Source: Candidatus Multivoradales bacterium (lineage in GTDB: Bacteria; Acidobacteriota; Thermoanaerobaculia; Multivoradales; JAHEKO01). Taken from it: 64,000 nucleotides of DNA. The stretch is taken from the NCBI GenBank assembly GCA_965223155.1, contig CBDCVR010000015.1, positions 480,001-544,000 on the forward strand. The letters are read 5' to 3'. The notes beneath the pieces are model-generated. The model saw only the letters and a list, made by a program, of their open reading frames with translations, did no database searches and was not told where the DNA came from. The translations under genes were made by a program, and so were the position numbers. Positions 56,484 through 64,000 of this stretch are shown here, in pieces (position 1 is the stretch's first letter; the number at the start of each line of letters is the position of its first letter).

Positions 56484-57490
56484 GACGCCGCTTCCTGGCC
56501 CAGAGCTTCCGGCAGAGACGCCGCCGACGCGGCCGGCTCCCGGCCAAGCCGCCCGGCGGCCAAGGCCAGGATCAAGCAGGTCGCCAGGATCGCCGCTCCG
56601 GTCGCCACGTGCGCGGTGTTGGGCACAACGGCCTTGCCGGTTAGAACCACGGTGGCGCCGAGCGTGATCTGGGCGACGACCAAGACGCCCAGGGCGTAAC
56701 CCGGCAGCCGCACCACCGGCACCACGATGCCGCTTCGCGCCACCCGGTACACGCAGACCGCGATCGCCGCCGTCACCACCACGGCACCGATCCTGTGGGC
56801 AAAGTGGATCGCGATCGGAAAGTCGAAGCTCGGCGGGATCAGGCGGCCGAAAGCCAGAGGGAAATCCGGGATCGCGAGACCGGCACCGCTATGGCGCATG
56901 ACCGCTCCCAGCAGAATCTGGACGTACACCAGCCCGGTAGCCGCCGCGGCGGCCTGGAACACGGGACGCGCCCGCCGATCCAGCCGCGGCGGCCGACGCC
57001 ACCAGCTCGAAGTCGTGACCGCCATCGTCACGCACAGGCAGAAAAAGATCTGGGCCAATCCGGCATGGCTGACCGAGATCGGGGTGGGCAGAAAGTAGAG
57101 CACGGTCAAGCCGCCGAGGAGCGCCTGGGTGAGTACTGCCGCAACCGCGCCGTAGCTGAGCCGCCGCAGCCAGACCCGCGGCTCGCGGCGAGCCATGGAC
57201 ACCGCCAGCCCAACCGTCAACAGCGCCACGGTGCCGGCGATCAGGCGGTGGCCGTGCTCGGCACGCACGTTGGCGATTTGCCACCAACGGGGAGGATTGA
57301 GCGAGCCGTAAGACAGCGGCCAGTCCGGGACCGAGAGCCCGGCCTCGCGGCTGGTGACGAGGGCTCCGGCCGAGATCAGCAACAGCACCAGGCACGCCAG
57401 CGCCGTTGCGTAGCGGTGTAGCCACGTCGGCGTGTGCCCGGCTACGGTCTCCTCACCGCCTGGATCACCGGAGCGAACGTTGCGGCTCAT
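56480..57490 (-). CDS. ctaA: Heme A synthase (COX15/CtaA)
   Basis: AGLSVPDWP, EHGHR, LLGGLTV, HAGLA, HFAHR, HVATG (conserved histidines); 8 TM helices; overlaps the ctaB start. Confidence 0.9.
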   Translation of the reverse strand: MSRNVRSGDPGGEETVAGHTPTWLHRYATALACLVLLLISAGALVTSREAGLSVPDWPLSYGSLNPPRWWQIANVRAEHGHRLIAGTVALLTVGLAVSMARREPRVWLRRLSYGAVAAVLTQALLGGLTVLYFLPTPISVSHAGLAQIFFCLCVTMAVTTSSWWRRPPRLDRRARPVFQAAAAATGLVYVQILLGAVMRHSGAGLAIPDFPLAFGRLIPPSFDFPIAIHFAHRIGAVVVTAAIAVCVYRVARSGIVVPVVRLPGYALGVLVVAQITLGATVVLTGKAVVPNTAHVATGAAILATCLILALAAGRLGREPAASAASLPEALGQEAAS

Positions 57491-57564
57491 CGATTCAGTG
57501 TACCGGCTTTTGGCGGCATTTGGCGGCACCCGCGCCCCCCGGCGGGCTCGTTACGCCGAGCCTG

Positions 57565-57580
57565 AACATGATGTTACTAT
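57565..57580 (+). promoter_or_regulatory. Palindrome AACAT-G-ATGTT abutting a TACTAT -10 box upstream of the MscS-FHA/kinase operon
   Basis: aacatgatgtt at 57565-57575 and tactat at 57575-57580, AT-rich within a GC-rich context. Confidence 0.35.
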
Positions 57581-57655
57581 CCGCCTTTCACTCAGGCGCT
57601 GAACACCGGGCGGGAGTGGACCCGATATGGTGACTCGCAACAACGGAGCGAAGCA

Positions 57656-58981
57656 GTGAGTCTGACCCTGGCGATCTTGGCCGGGCTGGCGACAGCTGCG
57701 GTTCTCTGGTTTCTGATCCGGCTGGCGACCCAGCGGAGCAAGCTCGCCCGCAGCCTGGCCTTCCCGCTCCACGTCGGTGCCTTCGTCGCCGGCCTCGAGG
57801 TCTTCTCGCTGTTCGAGATCCCGAGAGTGCGGGCGGCCGTCCCGCAACTGGATCTCGTCTTGTCGGCGGTCTTCGTTTTCTTGATCGCGGTGGTGGCGCT
57901 CCGGTTGCTGGCTCTCCTCTTCTTCGATCTCTACCTGCATGCGACCCAAGGCGTGCGGTTGCCACCCCTGCTGCCGCGAGTGGTCACCGGCTTCGCCTAC
58001 CTGATCGGCGCCCTGGTGGTAGTCAAGCTCTTCTGGCCCGAACAAGAGATGGGCGCCCTGGTCGCCACCAGCGCGGTTACTTCTCTGGTCCTGGGTCTCG
58101 CGCTGCAACCGATTCTGGGGAACTTCTTCGCCGGCATCGTAATCAGCCTGGAGAAGCCCTTCCGGATCAACGACTGGATCCTGTTTCAGGACACCGAGGC
58201 CCGGGTGGTCGAGATCAACTGGCGCACCACGCACCTGCGCACCCGCGACAACGACAATCTGGTGATCCCGAACGGGATGATCGCCAACGAGCAGATCACC
58301 AACTTCTTCTATCCCCATCCCCTGCACCTGGAACGGATCTACGTCGGGGTCCACTACAAGACGCCTCCGTACCGGGTCAAGCAAGCGATCCTGGACGCCA
58401 TCGCCGAGGTTCCGAGCATCCTCGAAAAGCCGTCGCCGGAGGTCTATCTCCACTCCTTCGACGACAGCGCCATCACCTACGAGGTCCGCATCTGGATCGA
58501 GGACATTGCCCACCGACCCCGCATCTCGAGTCATCTCAAGAGCATGATCTGGGAGAAGTTCCAGCGCCGGCACATCACCATCCCGTATCCCATTCGGACC
58601 CTGGAGATCGAGCCCGCCCGCGGCCAGCTTGAACTGGTGCGGGGGCAGCGCCGGCAGATCGACGAGATCGGCGAAACCGCCTTCCCGGCCAAGCTCTTCG
58701 TCGCCCGCGGTCCCGATCGCGGCCGCACCGTCGCCTTGCGGGGAACGGACGTCACCGTCGGACGGTCCGGCGAATCGGATCTAGTCCTGACCGAGGCCCG
58801 GGCCAGCGGCAACCACTTTTCCGTCGTCTGGCAGCCGGAGATAGGGTACGAGATCCAGGACAACGAAAGCCGCAACGGCACCCTAGTCAACGAACAGCCG
58901 ATCGAGACCCAGGTGCTCGCGCACCTCGACCGCGTCCAGATCGGCGAAACCGTCATCGTCTTCGAGTCGAGCCATGTCTGA
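57656..58981 (+). CDS. MscS-family mechanosensitive channel with C-terminal FHA domain
   Basis: LGLALQPILGNFFAG, KPFRINDWI, INWRTT, IPN, IPYP, then FHA motifs VGR...SGNH...NGT...DRVQIG. Confidence 0.9.
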   Translation: MSLTLAILAGLATAAVLWFLIRLATQRSKLARSLAFPLHVGAFVAGLEVFSLFEIPRVRAAVPQLDLVLSAVFVFLIAVVALRLLALLFFDLYLHATQGVRLPPLLPRVVTGFAYLIGALVVVKLFWPEQEMGALVATSAVTSLVLGLALQPILGNFFAGIVISLEKPFRINDWILFQDTEARVVEINWRTTHLRTRDNDNLVIPNGMIANEQITNFFYPHPLHLERIYVGVHYKTPPYRVKQAILDAIAEVPSILEKPSPEVYLHSFDDSAITYEVRIWIEDIAHRPRISSHLKSMIWEKFQRRHITIPYPIRTLEIEPARGQLELVRGQRRQIDEIGETAFPAKLFVARGPDRGRTVALRGTDVTVGRSGESDLVLTEARASGNHFSVVWQPEIGYEIQDNESRNGTLVNEQPIETQVLAHLDRVQIGETVIVFESSHV

Positions 58982-60893
58982 AGAAACACATCCACGCCGC
59001 ATCGGCCAATACGAGATCCTGGGCGTCATCGGCAAGGGCGCCATGGGCAAGGTCTACAAGGGCGTCCAGCCGTCGCTCAATAGGATCGTCGCCATCAAGG
59101 TCCTACCGCCAGAGCTCGCCGACGACGAGCGAGTCGAGCGCTTTAGCCGCGAAGCCAAAGCGGTAGCGCTCTTGAACCACCCCAACGTGGTCCAAATCAT
59201 CGACAAGGACCAGGACGGGGACCAGGTCTTCTTCGTCATGGAGTACGTCGCCGGCACCTCGCTCGAGGCCGTGATGCGCAAGCGGCGGTTGTCGCTGCCC
59301 GAGGCAGTTCGTGTCTTCAAAGCCGTCTGCCGGGGCATGGCCGCCGCCCACAAGAAAGAGATCGTCCATCGGGACCTTTCGCCCCGGAACGTGCTTGTGA
59401 CCGAGGACCTGCTGACCGCCAAGATCGCCGACTTCGGGATCAGCCGGGTGGAGTCCATCTCGCGCGAGATGGGCACGCTGTCGACCAGCGAAGTGAGCAT
59501 GGGCACGCTTCACTACATGGCTCCGGAGCAGGCGCAGGACATGGCGTCCTCGGATCACCGAAGCGACATCTACTCCTTGGGAGTCTTGCTCTACGAGATG
59601 CTGACCGGCCGGGTACCGGTTGGCCGCTTCAGCCTGCCCAGCCAGCTCAACTCGGAGGTTCCCCCCGAGGTCGATCCTGTCGTCCTCCGCTGCCTGGAGG
59701 CCGACCCGGCCGACCGCTATCAGGAGGTCTCAAAGCTCCTGGCCGACGTCGAGCGGCTGGAAGACCACCTCAAGCTGGGCCTGGTCAACGAGGTCCGTGG
59801 TCTGTCCCAGTCGACCTCCAAGATCATCATCAAGTCGGCCAGAACCCGGGCCGTGCAAATTGCCGTCGGCCTCGCCGTTCTCGCGGGACTGGCCGCGGCC
59901 GGCGTCTGGATCGTGCGCAGCAAGGCTCCCGAGCCGGTACCGACCGCGGGCGGCGACGCGCTAGTGGCGGTCAAGCAGGACCGCTCCGGACTCAAGGAGC
60001 GGGAGGATCGCTTACCGGCGCTCGTCGATTTGGACGTCCCCGAATCCTCGGTCCCGACCGAGGATGCCGAAGAGGCCACCGTCCAAGTCGAGACCCCGGT
60101 CAAGACGCAGCAACCAGCGGCGCGAGGCGAGACCGAAGCCGAAGCGAACGAGCGCCGGGCGGCGGCAGCTCTAGAGGGCGCGATCGCCAGGATGAACGGC
60201 CAGGAATGGGATCGGGCGATCGGCGAGTTGGATGCGCTGATGGCAAGCGAACCGCCGGCGAGCATCGGCCGCCAGGCATTGCTTCTGCTCGGCAAGGCGC
60301 ACGAGCGCAAGCGTGACGACGGCAAGGCCCGGACGGCCTATCTCGACCTGGATCGCCGCTACCCGGGCAGCACCGAGGCCGCCGAAGGTCTCTACCGGTT
60401 GGCTTCCAAGCTCCAGAAGCAAGGTGGGCGTGACCGATTGCGGGAGGCCCGGACCTATCTGGACAAGATCGCGAACGACTACTCCTCCTCCAACTGGGCG
60501 CCCAGGGCCTTGATCGACAAGGCCGTCATCGAGAAGGACGCCAAGTGGCACGTCGACGATCCCGTCCTGAAGGCCCGGGTTCCGGCAGCCCTCGTCAGCT
60601 ACCGCCAGTTCGTCGCCAAGTACCCCAGCCACGCCCAGGCACCGATGGCGCTCAACGCCCTCGGCGATCTCTACGAGGACGAGAAACTGCCGGCCAAGGC
60701 GGCGGCCACGTTCGAGACCCTGGCCAGGCGATTCCCCGCCAATCCCTACGACGCCTGGTGGAAGGCCGCGCAGGTCTACGACCGGCGCCTGGACCAGTTC
60801 GACAAGGCGATCACAGCCTACGAAAACGTGCCGAAATCCTCGAAACGCTTCCCGGACGCGCAGCGACGGATCGTCCGCTTGAAGCGCAAGTAG
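58974..60893 (+). CDS. Hanks-type Ser/Thr protein kinase with a TM helix and C-terminal TPR region
   Basis: GKGAMG, VAIK, HRDLSPRN, DFG, GTLHYMAPE, SDIYSLG; TM helix; TPRs with YP.S..A repeats. 8-nt overlap with the upstream gene. Confidence 0.93.
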   Translation: MSEETHPRRIGQYEILGVIGKGAMGKVYKGVQPSLNRIVAIKVLPPELADDERVERFSREAKAVALLNHPNVVQIIDKDQDGDQVFFVMEYVAGTSLEAVMRKRRLSLPEAVRVFKAVCRGMAAAHKKEIVHRDLSPRNVLVTEDLLTAKIADFGISRVESISREMGTLSTSEVSMGTLHYMAPEQAQDMASSDHRSDIYSLGVLLYEMLTGRVPVGRFSLPSQLNSEVPPEVDPVVLRCLEADPADRYQEVSKLLADVERLEDHLKLGLVNEVRGLSQSTSKIIIKSARTRAVQIAVGLAVLAGLAAAGVWIVRSKAPEPVPTAGGDALVAVKQDRSGLKEREDRLPALVDLDVPESSVPTEDAEEATVQVETPVKTQQPAARGETEAEANERRAAAALEGAIARMNGQEWDRAIGELDALMASEPPASIGRQALLLLGKAHERKRDDGKARTAYLDLDRRYPGSTEAAEGLYRLASKLQKQGGRDRLREARTYLDKIANDYSSSNWAPRALIDKAVIEKDAKWHVDDPVLKARVPAALVSYRQFVAKYPSHAQAPMALNALGDLYEDEKLPAKAAATFETLARRFPANPYDAWWKAAQVYDRRLDQFDKAITAYENVPKSSKRFPDAQRRIVRLKRK

Positions 60894-60987
60894 CCATCCG
60901 CCCGCGGGCTCGCTCCGGGCTCGGCCCGGGCCCGGCCACGGATCCGAGCAACGACCCGAGTGACCGTCGTCTCGCGCCCGCGGCCCG

Positions 60988-61023
60988 AATAAGAAACGGC
61001 CGGCCCCGAAACGGGACCGGCCG
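60988..61023 (-). terminator. Rho-independent terminator for the minus-strand lipoprotein/cytochrome operon
   Basis: The minus strand reads CGGCCGGTCCCG-TTT-CGGGGCCGGCCG followed by TTTCTTATT. Confidence 0.7.
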
Positions 61024-61051
61024 CATCGAACTGTGGGAACTGATCGGTAGC

Positions 61052-61828
61052 CTAGCCGGCCGAGCTGAACTCGAAGGCAGCGGCGGCGGCGCTATCCGCG
61101 GCGACCGAGACCGACACGGTCTGGGTGCCAAGGGTCTCGTGCCAGGCCTCGAGAACGTAGTCGCCCGCGGGCAGACCGTCGATCTCAAAGGAACCGTCCG
61201 CGCCGGTGACGGCGAAGAACGGATGGTCCAGCACCGCCATGTAGGCAGCCATCCACGGGTGGACGTCGCACTTGAAGCGGACCATGACCTCGGGATTGTC
61301 GAACTGCTTCTCGAGCTCCATGCCCTGGAAGGGTTGTCCCTGGTTGAACTCGTCGTTGTTCGTGGGCAGCGCGTGCACGTTGTGGAGCGTCGGATCGCTG
61401 TTGCGGACGACAATCTTCTGGCCCACCATGACGCCCGAAACGTGCGGGGTGTACTTGCAACCCTGCTGATCCAGAACGTGGGCGTCAGCCGGCGCCTGAT
61501 AGCTTCCGCTCAGCCCTTCTTTGACGTAGACGAACACGTTGCCGAGCTTGCCGTCGGCGGTGACCACGGACTCCGTCTCCACCGCTCCGGTGTGCAGTCC
61601 GGCGCAAACCGGATCGGCGTCCATCTTGATCACCGTGTCCGGGTCGCCGTTCGTGTAGTTGACCAGACCGGTCACCGTGCCTACGCCTTCGGCGGGCGTG
61701 GCCGGAGCGGGCGCGGGAGCGCTGCTCTCCTCGGCGACGGTTCCCGAGTCTCCGGCACCTCCGCCGCACGCGGCGAGAGCGACGAGAAAAACGATTCCAG
61801 AAAACGCAATCCAGCGATTCTTGTGCAT
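61052..61828 (-). CDS. Lipoprotein with cupredoxin-like and carboxypeptidase-regulatory-like domains
   Basis: Lipobox LAAC; LDQQGCKYTPHV, NSDPTLHNVH, FKCDVHPWM, WHETLG; AAGGAGG SD. Confidence 0.85.
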   Translation of the reverse strand: MHKNRWIAFSGIVFLVALAACGGGAGDSGTVAEESSAPAPAPATPAEGVGTVTGLVNYTNGDPDTVIKMDADPVCAGLHTGAVETESVVTADGKLGNVFVYVKEGLSGSYQAPADAHVLDQQGCKYTPHVSGVMVGQKIVVRNSDPTLHNVHALPTNNDEFNQGQPFQGMELEKQFDNPEVMVRFKCDVHPWMAAYMAVLDHPFFAVTGADGSFEIDGLPAGDYVLEAWHETLGTQTVSVSVAADSAAAAAFEFSSAG

Positions 61829-61906
61829 CTCAAGACCTCCTTCGTACCTTGTTAGCTTGCTGGGAAGGGTAGACGGGCGCGCGCGGAACGAGACTCGAGC
61901 CGCCCG

Positions 61907-64000
61907 CTATTCGAGATTCCACCAGATGTGATCGCGCAGCGCAACCGCAACCTGGTCGGTGTCCGCCAGGAACTCCTTGAGCTCGGCATCGGACGTGAAG
62001 TGCCGCATCATCTCGGCCTTCTGGGCCGCGAACATGGGGGCGTCGATGGCGTTCGCCAGCGGCGACTGGTAGCTGCCGTCGGCGAGCTTCTGGAAGTTGG
62101 CGGGCATGTTGGTGCCGCGCACCCAGCTCTGGGGATCCTTGATCCAGTCGGGAACCCAATCGTGCCGCAGGCGGTCCCGGGCCAGAAGCAGCGACGGCGC
62201 CAGCTCGGCCGAGCTCACGCCCGCGGCTCCGGCCGCCTGCGGACCGGCCGGATGGCACTTGGCGCACTGCAGCATGTTGAAGGTCACCCGGCCCACGGTC
62301 TGGTTGCGGGCGCTGGGGCGCTGGGGCGCCGACAGGAACGCCGTCCTGCCGTCGCGGGCCGAAAAATACGCCAAGAGCGAGTTGACCTGGCCATCGGCGA
62401 AATCAAAGGTCGGCATGCGCACCGAGAGCCAGGGACGCATCGTCTCCGAGGCCGGATCGTGTAGGTAGTCGAACAGCCAGTCGGACTGGACCCGGGCGCC
62501 CTGGGCGGCCAGGTTGGGAGGCAGCAGGCCGACGTCGTCGATCGCCGTCTTGATGGCGTGCCCCTGGTCCTCGATCAGATGGCAACCCTTGCAGTTGTAG
62601 CTGGTGATGAGCTTGCGGCCGGCGGCCACGGCGGCGGAGTCGCTCGCCTGATTGGCTCGGCGGCTTGCGACCACCGAGTCCTTGGTAAAGCCCAGGACGT
62701 TGGCGAGGACGGCCTCCGCCTCCCGCTCGGACATGCCGAAGTTGGGCATCCGGTAGAGCTCGTTGTAGCTCTTGACCGACTCTTTGCCCTCGTCCCAGAC
62801 TCGCGGCTCGAGCAGCTTGTGCTTGATCCAGTCGTGCCTGGTGTGCGGCACGTCGTGGACGTGGCCGAAATCGAACTGATGGACGGGCTTCGAGCCTTCC
62901 TCGGTGAGCTCGACGCCGATGGGCTTGGCGTTCTCGAAGCCGGCCACGTCGTGGCAGCCCCAGCAGCCATACTTCTGGATCGTCTCTTCACCCAGGTAGA
63001 CGTTGCGCTCGACCTCGTCCATGGCTTCCATCGCCGCCACGCTCTGGTCGTAGGTGAGGTTGTTGCGCAGATAGCCCAGGACCAGCTCATCCCGGAACTC
63101 GGCGTTGATCGCCGGCACCTCCAGGCCTTCCCAGTCCGCGTCCCGCCCGGTCAGCAAGTAGGCGGTGATGTCGGCGGCCTCCCGGTCAGTGAGCCGCAGG
63201 CTGGGCATGCGCGACTCGGGGTTGTACTGCTTGGGATCCTTGAGCCAGGCGTACAGCCAAGGCGCCGAGAGCTTGCTGCCCGCCCGAATCAGGTTCGGAC
63301 CGTGCAGGCGGTTGATCTGTGGAAAGAAGTCGTCGCGCTTGGCTTCCAGGTCTTGGACGTGGCAGCCAAGGCAGCCGACGGATTCGAAGAGCTCGCGACC
63401 GCGCGCCGGGTTGCCCGCGGGAGCCGCCGGGTAGCTCACGTCCTCCGATTGCGACCAGAGGTAGGCGACGATGCCGGCGATCTCGGCCTCCTGGCGGGCC
63501 AGATTCTCGGGCGTGGTGGTATTGGGCTCGAAGAAGAAGTGCGGCATCCAGGTGGTGGGCCGGAACTCCCGCGGCGCGGCGATCCACTTGTAGGCGAAGC
63601 CGGGATCGATCTTCGAGGCCACCTTGCGCAGCGACGGTCCCGGCCGGAGCAGGTCGCGGTAGGCCTCGTAATCGATCTTGTGGCAGACATAGCAACCCAT
63701 CTTGGTGACCAGCTGCCGTCCGGCGTCCTGGAGCTCCGAGCCCGAGGTCCAGGCGTTGCCCTCGTGGCAGCCGATGCAGCCGGCTTCCGAGTACTTGGCC
63801 GGGAGGATCGGCGTATCGAGATACTTCTGCGGCTTCCAACCCCACTTCTTCTTCCACTCGGCCTTCTCTTCTTCGCTCTCGGGCGAATGGCCGGCGCGGG
63901 CGAAGTCAGTGGCTCGGTCGAGACCGCCATGGCAGGTGGTGCAACCGAAGGTCGCGTAGGGATGGGGCGAGCCTGCCGAAAGGAAGAGATCCAGCCTGGG
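61907..64000 (-). CDS. Large multiheme cytochrome c, 5'-truncated by the window edge
   Basis: The frame is open to base 64000. Seven CxxCH motifs lie in the window (CTTCH, CIGCH, CYVCH, CLGCH, CWGCH, CKGCH, CAKCH), with repeated GPxL...W...P...MP units. Confidence 0.92.
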   Translation of the reverse strand, partial: PRLDLFLSAGSPHPYATFGCTTCHGGLDRATDFARAGHSPESEEEKAEWKKKWGWKPQKYLDTPILPAKYSEAGCIGCHEGNAWTSGSELQDAGRQLVTKMGCYVCHKIDYEAYRDLLRPGPSLRKVASKIDPGFAYKWIAAPREFRPTTWMPHFFFEPNTTTPENLARQEAEIAGIVAYLWSQSEDVSYPAAPAGNPARGRELFESVGCLGCHVQDLEAKRDDFFPQINRLHGPNLIRAGSKLSAPWLYAWLKDPKQYNPESRMPSLRLTDREAADITAYLLTGRDADWEGLEVPAINAEFRDELVLGYLRNNLTYDQSVAAMEAMDEVERNVYLGEETIQKYGCWGCHDVAGFENAKPIGVELTEEGSKPVHQFDFGHVHDVPHTRHDWIKHKLLEPRVWDEGKESVKSYNELYRMPNFGMSEREAEAVLANVLGFTKDSVVASRRANQASDSAAVAAGRKLITSYNCKGCHLIEDQGHAIKTAIDDVGLLPPNLAAQGARVQSDWLFDYLHDPASETMRPWLSVRMPTFDFADGQVNSLLAYFSARDGRTAFLSAPQRPSARNQTVGRVTFNMLQCAKCHPAGPQAAGAAGVSSAELAPSLLLARDRLRHDWVPDWIKDPQSWVRGTNMPANFQKLADGSYQSPLANAIDAPMFAAQKAEMMRHFTSDAELKEFLADTDQVAVALRDHIWWNLE

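Noticed and set aside
1-64000. Genome-wide amber recoding as an explanation for the TAG at 23313
   Set aside because: Many conserved genes (udk, ileS, PMM, tdk, coxA) end at TAG at their expected C-termini, and no pyrrolysine genes are in the window.

Overview
High-GC bacterial chromosome segment, almost fully coding, with about 60 genes. Acidobacteriota is inferred from a GWxTD/VWA protein and the gene repertoire. No rRNA, tRNA, CRISPR array, transposase or integrase was recognised. Housekeeping genes include udk, mutM, a holA-like gene, a LapA-LapB fusion, a DksA-family gene, rlmH, a type-2 ileS, PMM/PGM, tdk, iscA/ygfZ, xseAB, yhaM and mvaS. There is also an ECF sigma/anti-sigma pair, a sulfur-carrier set (MoaD-MoaE fusion, MoeB-rhodanese, JAMM), a leucine-catabolism-like cluster, and an interrupted aa3 oxidase/heme A/multiheme cytochrome cluster. 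Two loci stand out. (1) In the liu-like cluster, an HMG-CoA-lyase-like enzyme lacks the GGCP cysteine and carries a 2-TM tail. After a single in-frame TAG it is followed by a small histone-fold protein with two C-terminal TM helices (22941-24707). (2) An MscS channel fused to an intact FHA domain overlaps a membrane Ser/Thr kinase with extracytoplasmic TPRs, suggesting a phosphorylation-regulated mechanosensitive channel (57656-60893). Several apparent pseudoenzymes and probable leaderless promoters are also visible. All calls come from reading motifs by eye; no database searches were run.
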